In this document: piece after piece, positions 40,372 to 50,162 of the stretch | Position numbering within the stretch: the first letter of the stretch is position 1 | Layout: each line of letters begins with the position of its first letter | Source of the DNA: Escherichia coli | Lineage (GTDB): Bacteria; Pseudomonadota; Gammaproteobacteria; Enterobacterales; Enterobacteriaceae | Assembly: GCF_044324785.1 (NCBI RefSeq) | Contig: NZ_CP172127.1 | Length of the DNA stretch: 64,000 nucleotides | Direction: 5' to 3' (one strand) | Made by a program: the position numbers and the translations under genes | The notes under the pieces: generated by a model | What the model was told of the DNA's origin: nothing | Databases searched by the model: none | What the model saw: the letters and a program-made list of their open reading frames with translations, nothing else

Positions 40372-40996
40372 GAATTCCCTTTAGAGTAAGGATTGGTTTT
40401 TAAGACGCGGTCTGTAATCAGTTCCGAGAGCTACAGTAAACAACGCTGAGCACTGAACGCATCACAGGCAAGGTAAAGGCGATATCGGCAAAGGCTGTGA
40501 AACCTTTAATTCAACAGATGGAAACGGTATGCGCAGGATCCTGTAACGACGCTCCCAAAACCGGAAACCTGTAAGGCATGTTTTCGCTGCTGAACTTAAT
40601 ATACGAACCTGCACTATCATGAACATATTTTATATCGTTATACCCCGAGTGATTGTGCCCGGCAATGGATAGTGTCCTGGAGGAACTATTTCTACTGTAA
40701 AAGGTAGACATTTAATTTCAGTGTGGAATTATTCCCTGCTGTTAATAACCATGGCTCTATATGGCACCGAGCGGACTAGTTAACTTGCCTGAAAGCCGCT
40801 ATGAGTGAGGAGCGAATATTGGCACGAGAGGATACCTGAACCATTTTTTGGACATGCGCTAAAAGCGAATGATTAGTTTTATCGGAATATTTACAGTATA
40901 CTTACAAGGCAAGCTTGGCGTGCCGTCTTGGGCGAGATTGCTTAAATTATTTTGTGGATATATCATTCAAACAAAAGATAATAAAATGAGGTTGTT

Positions 40997-41194
40997 ATGT
41001 CATATATTCGCGTAGAGAAAGATGGCCTTCAGTATGAAGCAGAATACTTCCGTAAAGAGGATATGGTCACAGTCTTTGGGGTTAGAGGAGGGCATTCCAG
41101 CGTGGTTCTAAATGGAATGACAGAAGTCGCGGCTGCTCGTACTGCGTTACGAAATCTTATTAGAGAAAATCAGGTTGATCCTCTAACTGATTAA
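40997..41194 (+). CDS. hypothetical small protein (AT-rich cassette)
   Basis: 65-aa ORF. Confidence 0.35.
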   Translation: MSYIRVEKDGLQYEAEYFRKEDMVTVFGVRGGHSSVVLNGMTEVAAARTALRNLIRENQVDPLTD

Positions 41195-41398
41195 AAATAA
41201 GCCATCTTAACTGAGAGCATATTTTGATATAATTTAGATTAAATCTATTTTGAAGGTTAGTTTGGGATGAGAAGATTACATCAAAACCGTTATTACTAGC
41301 AATAAGTTGTGTAAATCAAATAATACATAATCATGTGGTAACATATACTAAGCGTAGTAAAGTTTTTATATATTCCTGTAACTTTGTGAGAAACTTCC

Positions 41399-42064
41399 AT
41401 GAAAGCCGACAACTTAAGAATTATAGAGAATGGCAAATATGTTTTCGATATGTTCTTGGATACTGGTGAATTTTACTATACAAGTCATGCCTTTGACACG
41501 AGAGAAGATGCAAAAAGCTGGATGGAAGAATGGCAGATTTGGGCAAATAATGTATCGAGTGGGAAAGTAAGTAGTATTTATTATATTTTACAAGTGCCTG
41601 ATACTTGGGCCGGTTCTTCAGATAAAAATAACCCTTACTCGGGACTTTATGTGAAAATAGGGCGTTCCAATAATGTGCTAAAAAGGTTGTCTAACCTGCA
41701 GACAGGTGCATTTGGTCAATTAATATTACACGCTTTGGAACCTGGTGGTTCAGAAAAAGAAAACTATCTTCATGAAAAATTTAGCAACGAAAGACGTCAA
41801 GGTGAATGGTTTGTTTGTACTAAGGAACTTACCAAGCATATATTTACAACATGGTTTAAAAACAAAATGCTCCCACCAGAACATCAAATAAAAATAATGC
41901 AGCTCGCAGAAAGAATAGGTATTTATTCGCATGTTCATACACTAATGGGGGGGAAGCCAGACTTAGTAAACCCATCTATTAGTGAACCTTGGGAATGCGA
42001 AAAATATGTTTTGGTTGATATGATTTATAGCTCTTTAGCAAAGCAAGTTAATCATAAAAAATAA
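41399..42064 (+). CDS. T5orf172 (GIY-YIG superfamily)-like protein
   Basis: 221 aa; core GLYVKIGRSNNVLKRLSNLQTG...ENYLHEKFSNERRQGEWFVC matches T5orf172/MUG113 pattern. Confidence 0.5.
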   Translation: MKADNLRIIENGKYVFDMFLDTGEFYYTSHAFDTREDAKSWMEEWQIWANNVSSGKVSSIYYILQVPDTWAGSSDKNNPYSGLYVKIGRSNNVLKRLSNLQTGAFGQLILHALEPGGSEKENYLHEKFSNERRQGEWFVCTKELTKHIFTTWFKNKMLPPEHQIKIMQLAERIGIYSHVHTLMGGKPDLVNPSISEPWECEKYVLVDMIYSSLAKQVNHKK

Positions 42065-42384
42065 AGTGTTACATTTTAACCATACAATTATTGATTCACT
42101 AATGAAGAGGTGATTTAAACGTATGAAGTTTTAATAAGCTCCAAGAATATTTTGTCATACATGGGTTAAAGAGTTATATAATAATATCTGCTTCTGGAAT
42201 ACAGCAGACAAGCACCTGCAGATAAAGGTCTGCTGAGAGCGAGAAGCGGATCATACGTTGGAAGTTGTTTAGGCAAATACGTTATAAACGTATTTGATTA
42301 AATTTACTTGGATCATAGTCTTCAATAACGCTTTATTATATTGTTTTTCATGCAGCAAACAGGTTTACAGGTAGGTAATAAGCT

Positions 42385-42789
42385 ATGAGTGGATGGAAAG
42401 AGTCTTTTACATTAGCAGAACAGATACAATTAGCATTAAATTTAGGTTATGAGGCTGTACCAGATGAAGAGGCATATACTGGGGCATACTTCATTAAAGG
42501 TGGTAAGAAGTGGATCTTTAACATCATCGGTCTCAAAAAGACATTGAATATATCTTCAGATGATGAACTAAGAGGGCAGGATTATGATGTTGATATGTAT
42601 TTCGAAATTCGCCAAAATTGGGCACAATACCAAGATATGATCTTTGGAAGCGAAGATATCACTCCTTCACCTAAAAATGAACTTACTTCAATTTACCATG
42701 ACCTGCAGGTAACGGATGAACCCAGGGAAATGGTGTATCTTTCTGATGGGATGTGGCTGGATCCCAACGGACGAATTGTACAACGATAG
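42385..42789 (+). CDS. hypothetical protein (AT-rich cassette)
   Basis: 134-aa ORF. Confidence 0.4.
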   Translation: MSGWKESFTLAEQIQLALNLGYEAVPDEEAYTGAYFIKGGKKWIFNIIGLKKTLNISSDDELRGQDYDVDMYFEIRQNWAQYQDMIFGSEDITPSPKNELTSIYHDLQVTDEPREMVYLSDGMWLDPNGRIVQR

Positions 42790-42898
42790 CACTCGAACAC
42801 ACTCAGTAATCGTCTATAAGGCCAGCACTTGTTACTTGGTCATTTGGGGTTGCTGGTCTTCTCCATTAAATCGACTAAAGTCTGTTCCATAGAGAGAG

Positions 42899-43504
42899 TT
42901 ACTTGCGTTTAAAAAGGTATTTTGTCACGACCAGCACGAGGCCGAATACCTCTGTCAAAGTACCGCCCATGTACAACTGGAGCGTTAAGTCTTTAAATAC
43001 AAGCCATTCAGCACCAGTGGCAAAAAATACACCATTCATTATCAAAAGCTGGCAAGCAAGGATAATAAGGAACCATTTGCCATAGCGTTTTTTTAGATCG
43101 ATTTCAGCTTCAAAATCTTTGTTGTTGAGTTGTTTGCGCTCATGCTCAGTATCAAGTGAATTCACCTGTTTCACAGATGTGAACTCGGTCAAGATTTTAC
43201 TCTCAGTACGGGTGACTTGTTGAGAGGGGGTAGGAATTGGAATTCTTTTGATTGACGCAGCTACAGCCATTTTGCGAGCTTCGGCAGCTCTTTTTCTGGC
43301 TATTCCGTGAATACGGGCAGACGGTTTTTTTGGAGCATGCGAAACCTTTGTCTGAGGTGAAGTTTCGTCAGGAGACTGAACCGGAGTTTCATCCTCCTCC
43401 GGCTCAACCTCTTCTGCTAACTGACGGTGTAGGTTGAGGGAATCCTTCAGTCGGCGTGCAACTTCCTGTTTGAAACGGCTGTTAAAATCGTCATCCGATG
43501 GCAT
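42899..43504 (-). CDS. membrane protein with hydrophilic N-terminal region and two C-terminal TM helices
   Basis: 201 aa; TM segments WFLIILACQLLIMNGVFFATGA and LYMGGTLTEVFGLVLVVTKYLF; starts 10 nt after peptidase gene. Confidence 0.6.
   Translation of the reverse strand: MPSDDDFNSRFKQEVARRLKDSLNLHRQLAEEVEPEEDETPVQSPDETSPQTKVSHAPKKPSARIHGIARKRAAEARKMAVAASIKRIPIPTPSQQVTRTESKILTEFTSVKQVNSLDTEHERKQLNNKDFEAEIDLKKRYGKWFLIILACQLLIMNGVFFATGAEWLVFKDLTLQLYMGGTLTEVFGLVLVVTKYLFKRK
42901..42978. repeat. intact direct-repeat partner of 39300..39377 (encodes last 26 codons of the two-TM protein)
   Basis: reverse-complement translation gives QLYMGGTLTEVFGLVLVVTKYLFKRK*. Confidence 0.75.
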
Positions 43505-43513
43505 TCTAAAGCG

Positions 43514-44002
43514 TTACCCCAACCTCAAGTTCTTTAAACGATAAGTCATCGCATCGTCAGATACGCCAAAATGATGCGCCATTATATAACTTGGTTGGCC
43601 GTCAGCGTGCAGTTTTCTGACCTCATCTACCGGCATCAGAAGTTCTGCTGCGAACTTGTTCGCAAAAATTTCATCAGGATGCGTTCCGGCGCTTGCGGTT
43701 TCGCCACGTAAATCAACGTACTCATATTCATCGCTATGCGATGCTTGCCGGGCGATGTAATGCCCCAACTCATGCCCACATGAAAAACGTTGACGAACTT
43801 TGTTGTCATCACTGTTTAGAAAGATCGCTGGATCTTGATCTTTTTGTTTAATCAGTGCGCCAGAAACTTTCCCAGGAAGATCGGTAATAAAAACATCTAA
43901 TCCCATGTCGTGAGCAATTTTCGCTGGATCAACAGGGAAACCACGCCCGCACCAGAACGTGTCCAGCACTCGCCGGGCGTGCTCTCTTGGGTTGGTAGCC
44001 AT
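43514..44002 (-). CDS. ImmA/IrrE-family (M78-like) zinc metallopeptidase, stand-alone
   Basis: 162 aa; HEXXH as CGHELGHYI and downstream EIFANKFAAELLMP. Confidence 0.7.
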   Translation of the reverse strand: MATNPREHARRVLDTFWCGRGFPVDPAKIAHDMGLDVFITDLPGKVSGALIKQKDQDPAIFLNSDDNKVRQRFSCGHELGHYIARQASHSDEYEYVDLRGETASAGTHPDEIFANKFAAELLMPVDEVRKLHADGQPSYIMAHHFGVSDDAMTYRLKNLRLG

Positions 44003-44569
44003 AGCTCCTCCAGTTACTGCATTACGATTATTGGTCGAAATATAGACAACATGTTCCGTACCACATTCCTGTAAAAGTGCAAATTCTGCACTTCTGGTAC
44101 GATATTAACTGTTAGTAGTAAAGTCTTCCAGATAAATCACTTTAAAATCGTGTGAATTGCTTGCTTTTTACGCTGCATTGTGGATGGCTCAATGTTTCCA
44201 GTAAAAACATACATGATAATCATGACATTAGTGGTTTTTTAGGCGTCCATCTGTTTCTTAAAAAAATGGATGCCACAAGCGCCCGGATGAGAACAGGAAG
44301 GGAAGGCTATTACATGTGTGATTTATTACATCTGTAAAAAAATACAGATCTAACCTGATCTTTTCATTGAAGTTTTTCTTGGTCCTGGATAGGATCTGGA
44401 GGTTGCGAAGATTTTAGAGTCGCATCAAAGGGAAAGCCCTGACAGCGCCAACTGTCAGGGCCATACAAAAACATCGGTTAATGCTTTCGTTGAGATCTCG
44501 GTTTGGGAGATTACCTCAACCGGGATCCCGTGTAAAGCATTCATTGCCGAAAATGATATAGGTCAATGA

Positions 44570-44848
44570 ATGAAACACATCTGTAAAAAGTCACATCGTC
44601 ACGACAGTATGTTTGATGTTCTTTCCGCAAATCAGGGGAACGTTGGGCGGCACAAATGTTGTGGATGTGCCTATGATAAAGGTATGTGGCACGCATTAAT
44701 TGGCGTTCCACGTGCGGTTGATGACTCTGTTTTAGGTGATTTGCCCGAAAGCCAGGCCGGGCATGTACGTCATAAAGATGCTTTTGAAGCATATAACATG
44801 GGATATGACCATGGGATGCATAAAAAAGCCTACGGCATGGCCTCATAA
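44570..44848 (+). CDS. hypothetical Cys/His-rich small protein
   Basis: 92-aa ORF followed by a clear terminator. Confidence 0.4.
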   Translation: MKHICKKSHRHDSMFDVLSANQGNVGRHKCCGCAYDKGMWHALIGVPRAVDDSVLGDLPESQAGHVRHKDAFEAYNMGYDHGMHKKAYGMAS

Positions 44849-44868
44849 CCAGGTGTAACTTATTAACT

Positions 44869-44896
44869 AACCCGCTTCGGCGGGTTTTCTTTTTTA
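44869..44896 (+). terminator. rho-independent terminator
   Basis: CCCGC-TTCG-GCGGG hairpin followed by TTTTCTTTTTT. Confidence 0.7.
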
Positions 44897-44966
44897 TAGA
44901 ACCCTGCGATGTGAAAACGAATAATAAATTGTGCAAATAGTGCAGTTTTTATTATTCGAGGTAATT

Positions 44967-45608
44967 ATGAAAACCTTCTATGAGGGCTGGCCTGAAACTT
45001 TCGTTAGCCGGTTAGATATGTTACGGGCGTTGGATGATCGCGGTTCGACCCGGAGGCTCTATCTTGAGCGGACCGGAGCAATATTTGGCGCTCTGGCAGA
45101 AGAGATACGTACAGCCGTTGCCGGGCATCCTGAAACTGACGCGAGTGAACTTGATATCGGGCCGCTATATCGCTATTACAAACGTGGAGAAAAGGGGGAT
45201 CCGCTGGCTGACTTACTTATTAAATTGGCTCCACCAACCTGTGAACGGGTTCGTATATCTCCTGAAGTGTACACAATCCCGTATCTGTTTTTTGCACTGT
45301 TGATAGCGCAAGGCGCTGACAACGATGCCCGAGATTTTTTCAATATGATGATGCGACCGTTGATCATCGCCTACCGCTTCAAACAACTGGCGCGCTACCT
45401 TGGCACGAAGGGCGGAGGACGACCACAGCACAGATTAAAAAGTGAAGCCATTGAACTGGCTGATCGTTTTTTTACTGAAAACCCGACTGCGCCATTATCG
45501 CGTGGTGTGCAATACATATCCGGTATTTTTGTGGCGAAATACTCCGATCCACCTGCAGCCTCGACGATTAGAAAATGGTTAATTTCAATTTACAGGAGTG
45601 ATAAATAA
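44967..45608 (+). CDS. hypothetical protein
   Basis: 213 aa from MKTFYEGWPETF with GAGGT RBS. Confidence 0.45.
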   Translation: MKTFYEGWPETFVSRLDMLRALDDRGSTRRLYLERTGAIFGALAEEIRTAVAGHPETDASELDIGPLYRYYKRGEKGDPLADLLIKLAPPTCERVRISPEVYTIPYLFFALLIAQGADNDARDFFNMMMRPLIIAYRFKQLARYLGTKGGGRPQHRLKSEAIELADRFFTENPTAPLSRGVQYISGIFVAKYSDPPAASTIRKWLISIYRSDK

Positions 45609-45759
45609 TGACCATAAACGGTTTAATCCCCTATAAAACCGTTTAATAAAATTCACGACGTGAATATAATTGTTCATTATTCCCTCATTGTATCTGGCGT
45701 TATGACAAATGCCATAAAATACTGTATAAATGTACAGGCGGTGGCGTTAGGGGGAAGAC

Positions 45760-45939
45760 ATGAATATTCAAGAATCTATAGGCGAACTACCGGAAACATG
45801 CCGGGCTGTTATCAAGCGTAAGGACGGACACATCGTTGGTGTGCGTGTTCTGACTGATGATGAACGGATTGCCAGCCTGATGGCGTTTCTCGAGTTGGCA
45901 GAAATAGCTGGATATACTATTACACCCCCTGACGCGTAA
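45760..45939 (+). CDS. hypothetical small protein (59 aa, below track threshold)
   Basis: manually translated MNIQESIGELPETCRAVIKRKDGHIVGVRVLTDDERIASLMAFLELAEIAGYTITPPDA; GGGGAAG RBS. Confidence 0.35.
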   Translation: MNIQESIGELPETCRAVIKRKDGHIVGVRVLTDDERIASLMAFLELAEIAGYTITPPDA

Positions 45940-46016
45940 AACACGGTATAATATCGGTGCTGGATTGAACACCCGGCACCATTTTCTGAACACTGCCGCG
46001 CCACCTGGAGTTAACC

Positions 46017-46613
46017 ATGGCGCAGCATTCATTTATCAGGGTATCCGGCGGTTCGCTAATACCCGCGACACCAGACACGCAACGCTGGTTGACTGAACGA
46101 GTCAAACCAGGTGCTGTTGTGTATGCAGATTTCAAACAGGCGCGTAATCCCGCGTTTCATCGTAAATTTTTCTCACTTCTCAACCTGGGCTTTGATTACT
46201 GGCATCTCTCCGGAGGGGCTATTTCTCCTGCAGAGCGCGAACTGGTTCACGGCTACGTTAAGTTACTGGCTTATTACGGTGGGCATGGTGATGTCATGGC
46301 TGAGCTGGCTGATCAGTATCTTCTCGATGAGTCGGAAAAGCGCGCGGGGAATATCAGTGCGGTTAAGTCGTTCGAGGCGTTTCGCGCCTGGGCGACTATG
46401 GAAGCTGGATTTTATGACGTTCATCAGATGCCAGACGGCAGTGTGATGCGCGTACCTCGTTCAATCTCGTTTGCTGCGATGGACGATCTTGAGTTCGGTC
46501 AACTGTATTCAGCCGTTTTAGATGTGCTGTGGAATTATATTTTGTTCCGCACGTTTGCCTCTCAGGAGGCCGCTGAAAATGCCGCCGCGCAGCTGCTGGA
46601 TTACACATCATGA
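46017..46613 (+). CDS. DUF1367 phage protein (YbcN-like)
   Basis: FIRVSGGSLIPA...ARNPAFHRKFF closely matches YbcN-type proteins. Confidence 0.7.
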   Translation: MAQHSFIRVSGGSLIPATPDTQRWLTERVKPGAVVYADFKQARNPAFHRKFFSLLNLGFDYWHLSGGAISPAERELVHGYVKLLAYYGGHGDVMAELADQYLLDESEKRAGNISAVKSFEAFRAWATMEAGFYDVHQMPDGSVMRVPRSISFAAMDDLEFGQLYSAVLDVLWNYILFRTFASQEAAENAAAQLLDYTS

Positions 46614-46903
46614 AAAAAATCGACCTGAGAAAAGCTGCACGCGGTCGCGCTTGTACTGTGCGTATCCCCGGTGTGTGCAATCACAATCCTGAAACCAGTG
46701 TACTGGCTCACTACCACCTCGCCGGAACATGCGGAACAGCAATCAAACCACACGATATGCAGGGCGCTATCGCCTGCAGTGCGTGTCACGATGCTATCGA
46801 CGGACGTACAAAAACAGATTACGAGCGTGATTCCTTATTACTGATGCACACAGAGGGCGTTTTAAGGACGTTGGCCATCTGGCGTAACGAGGGATTCATC
46901 TGA
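46610..46903 (+). CDS. DUF1364 phage protein (YbcO-like, putative nuclease)
   Basis: 97 aa with Cys/His-rich pattern of YbcO-type proteins. Confidence 0.7.
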   Translation: MKKIDLRKAARGRACTVRIPGVCNHNPETSVLAHYHLAGTCGTAIKPHDMQGAIACSACHDAIDGRTKTDYERDSLLLMHTEGVLRTLAIWRNEGFI

Positions 46904-47574
46904 TGAGTAACGAGTATTTGTTGGAATATACCCGCATAAAACTGCGCGCTGCATTGCGGGATTTGTCTGGTGGTTCTAAGGGGCAGCTGGAAGCATTGTG
47001 TGAGCACCCGCCGGCAGACAAAAACGCATATCCACGCAAACATATTCATCGTGTGCAACTGGAGGACCGGACCGTTGATGCTCTGGTTACGCCAGTTTAC
47101 GCCCTGGAAAGTTTCAGCAGACGTCGTCCCGCGCCGCCGATGAATGATTTTGAATTCGCTGATTCATCGTGGCGCCGCGCCGTGAATTCGCTCGACGTTA
47201 GCCAGCAGGCGTGGTTGCGCTATTGCTACGGTGGTCACCTGGCGTTCAAACACCAAACAGCTATTTGTGAGGCTGTCTGGAGTCGCTATAAAGGACACAT
47301 CCCCGCGTCAACTCAGAGAAAAGTAGCTAAGCGCCTGCTTTCGTTGGTGTGGTTGTCCGTGCAGGCGGTTGCAGCAGCAAATAAACGCGAGGATTTTAAG
47401 GAGATGGCTGGATCTGCGCTAGCTGGAATGTTGTCTGTTTCTCGTTCCACCTGGTGCGAAACATACTCCCCGCACTGGGTAGGAATGAAAGAGGCGGTGA
47501 GAGCACTTGATGAAATGGCACTTCTTGCAACTTTGCATCATTATCAAAACCATTTAGACGACGTTTGCGTATAA
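46903..47574 (+). CDS. putative late-gene antiterminator (Q-like, positional)
   Basis: 223-aa ORF immediately upstream of the lysis cassette. Confidence 0.45.
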   Translation: MSNEYLLEYTRIKLRAALRDLSGGSKGQLEALCEHPPADKNAYPRKHIHRVQLEDRTVDALVTPVYALESFSRRRPAPPMNDFEFADSSWRRAVNSLDVSQQAWLRYCYGGHLAFKHQTAICEAVWSRYKGHIPASTQRKVAKRLLSLVWLSVQAVAAANKREDFKEMAGSALAGMLSVSRSTWCETYSPHWVGMKEAVRALDEMALLATLHHYQNHLDDVCV

Positions 47575-47935
47575 TGCTTGCAAAACCGAACAAAACAGGC
47601 CATATTAAACGCTAATTTGGTATGTTGCCAAATTTCTAAGAACCTCGCCACGGCGGGGTTTTGTCGTTTCTGAATCAGGAAAAATCATGTCTGAACCTCT
47701 AACCGCTGGCGTTGCTGCTGGCTCGGCGGGGGTGACGTTTGCTGCGTTATTTCCTGAGGCAACACCTGCAGTGATGATCTGTGCGCTGGCAGGCGCAGCT
47801 CTCTATGTGTTGTCGTCCGGGCAGCATCGATTCTGGAAGCAGGTTAGACTGGCCCCCTGAATCTCCAGACAACCAATATCACTTAAATAAGTGATAGTCT
47901 TAATACTAGTTTTTAGACTAGTCATTGGAGAGCAG

Positions 47936-48301
47936 ATGATTGATGTCTTAGGACCGGAGAAACGCAGACGGCGTACTACACAGGAAAAGATCGCTATTGT
48001 TCAGCAGAGTTTTGAACCGGGAATGACGGTCTCCCTTGTTGCCCGGCAACACGGTGTGGCAGCCAGCCAGTTATTTCTCTGGCGCAAGCAATACCAGGAG
48101 GGAAGTCTTACTGCTGTGGCCGCAGGAGAGCAGGTCGTTCCTGCCTCTGAACTTGCTGCTGCCATGAAGCAGATTAAAGAACTCCAGCGCCTGCTCGGCA
48201 AAAAAACGATGGAAAATGAACTCCTTAAAGAAGCCGTTGAATACGGGCGTGCAAAAAAGTGGATAGCGCACGCGCCCTTATTGCCCGGGGATGGGGAGTA
48301 A
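47936..48301 (+). CDS. insC: IS2 transposase OrfA
   Basis: [29 protein letters not shown]... recognised as IS2 InsC. Confidence 0.9.
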
Positions 48302-49164
48302 GCTTAGTCAGCCGTTGTCTCCGGGTGTCGCGTGCGCAGTTGCACGTAATTCTCAGACGAACCGATGACTGGAAAGATGGTCGCCGCAGCCGTCACTCAG
48401 ATGATACGGATGTGCTTCTCCGTATACACCATGTTATCGGAGAGCTGCCCACGTATGGTTATCGTCGGGTATGGGCGCTGCTTCGCAGACAGGCCGAACT
48501 TGATGGTATGCCTGCGATCAATGCCAAACGTGTTTACCGGATCATGCGCCAGAATGCGCTGTTGCTTGAGCGAAAAACCGCTGTACCGCCATCGAAACGG
48601 GCACATACTGGCAAAGTGGCCGTGAAAGAAAGCAATCAACGATGGTGCTCTGACGGGTTCGAGTTCCGCTGTGATAACGGAGAAAAACTGCGAGTCACGT
48701 TCGCGCTGGACTGCTGTGACCGTGAGGCACTGCACTGGGCAGTCACTACGGGCGGCTTCGACAGTGAAACAGTACAGGACGTAATGCTGGGAGCGGTGGA
48801 ACGCCGCTTCGGCAACGAGCTTCCGGCGTCTCCAGTAGAGTGGCTGACGGATAATGGTTCATGCTACCGGGCTAATGAAACACGGCAGTTTGCCCGGATG
48901 TTGGGGCTTGAACCGAAGAACACGGCGGTGCGGAGTCCGGAGAGTAACGGCATAGCAGAGAGCTTCGTGAAAACGATAAAGCGTGACTACATCAGTATCA
49001 TGCCTAAACCAGACGGGTTAACGGCAGCAAAGAACCTTGCAGAGGCGTTCGAGCATTATAACGAATGGCATCCGCATAGTGCACTGGGTTATCGCTCGCC
49101 ACGGGAATATCTGCGGCAGCAGGCCAGTAATGGGTTAAGTGATAACAGGTGTCTGGAAATATAG
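48259..49164 (+). CDS. insD: IS2 transposase OrfB (DDE catalytic domain)
   Basis: [23 protein letters not shown]... recognised as IS2 InsD; overlaps orfA in -1 frame. Confidence 0.9.
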
Positions 49165-49405
49165 GGGCAAATCCACAGGTTATTTTCGCACTCATTTCGT
49201 TTGTTGGCGGTGTGTATTGCGCTGAGACAGCATCAGCCATCATTACCGGTATTCTGAACGCGGTGCTGAGTCACCTGAACCCTCCCGTAACAGTAAAAGT
49301 CTCTCCCGCCATTGGTGCACTGGTTGCATCAGTAATCAGCGTTACATCACTGTTGCGGATCATGTCACAAGCTCGTTTATGGAAATCAGATAAGGGGATG
49401 AAATA

Positions 49406-49678
49406 ATGACCCTGCACTCTGTCCTCATTAATGCCAATGCAATTATCTGTCTGATGCTGGCACTGCGGTTGATGTTTTTTCAAAAAACAGGCCGCTATCG
49501 TTTTTTCATCTCACTAACTGCTTACCTGGCGATTCTGTCTGCTGCGTGGATAGCCCTACGAATTTTTTATGGGAAATATACGCAGGTTGATCCCGCAGAG
49601 TTCTTTCTCAACCTCACCATCTGTATTGCTGTCTGGCGGGCACGAGGGAATATTTCAAAAATAACAGGAGACAGGTAA
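49406..49678 (+). CDS. small membrane protein of lysis cassette (holin/antiholin-like)
   Basis: 90 aa with ~3 hydrophobic segments. Confidence 0.45.
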   Translation: MTLHSVLINANAIICLMLALRLMFFQKTGRYRFFISLTAYLAILSAAWIALRIFYGKYTQVDPAEFFLNLTICIAVWRARGNISKITGDR

Positions 49679-50160
49679 TGACGGATCCTAAATGGCTAAT
49701 TGAGGCTCGAAAAAACCTCGGCATTCGGGAAATGAAAGGGAAGCAACATGCTGCAGAAATTGTGCAGTACTGGAAAGATATCAAACGCGGCGGCATTAAG
49801 GATGACGAAACACCGTGGTGCTCCGCCTTCACAGGAGCAATGCTGGAACGTGCAGGTATTCGCTCAACGCGTTTTGAGTCTGCGAATTCTTATCTCGATT
49901 GGGGTAATGAACTGAAGGAACCCGCCTATGGATGCATTGCTATTCTGTCTCGGTCTGGCGGTGGTCACGTCGGCTTTGTTGTCGGGAAAAATGCCGCCGG
50001 GGATTTAATGATTTTGGGGGGCAACCAGGCAGATGAAGTAAATATCAAAGCTTTTCCGAGCTCACGAGTTACCGGCTATCGCTGGCCTGTTGATGTGCTG
50101 GATGTGCCGTCAACCTTGCCGCTGCTGATGGGAGGTGAATTATCAACTTCGGAGCAGTAA
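49678..50160 (+). CDS. putative endolysin, CHAP/NlpC-P60-like Cys/His peptidoglycan hydrolase
   Basis: 160 aa; candidate catalytic TPWCSAF and GGGHVGFVV; position after holin genes. Confidence 0.55.
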   Translation: MTDPKWLIEARKNLGIREMKGKQHAAEIVQYWKDIKRGGIKDDETPWCSAFTGAMLERAGIRSTRFESANSYLDWGNELKEPAYGCIAILSRSGGGHVGFVVGKNAAGDLMILGGNQADEVNIKAFPSSRVTGYRWPVDVLDVPSTLPLLMGGELSTSEQ

Positions 50161-50162
50161 CC

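Larger units (their letters stand above)
47845..49175 (+). mobile_element. IS2 (IS3 family), 1331 bp, with 5-bp target-site duplication CAGGT
   Basis: terminal inverted repeats TAGACTGGCCCCCTGAATCTCCAGACA... / ...TGTCTGGAAATATAGGGGCAAATCCA; CAGGT at 47840..47844 and 49176..49180. Confidence 0.95.
47687..49406 (+). pseudogene. phage holin gene disrupted by IS2 (5' part 47687..47844, 3' part 49181..49406)
   Basis: the two fragments flank IS2 and rejoin in frame once IS2 and one CAGGT copy are removed, giving a ~124-aa hydrophobic protein. Confidence 0.65.
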
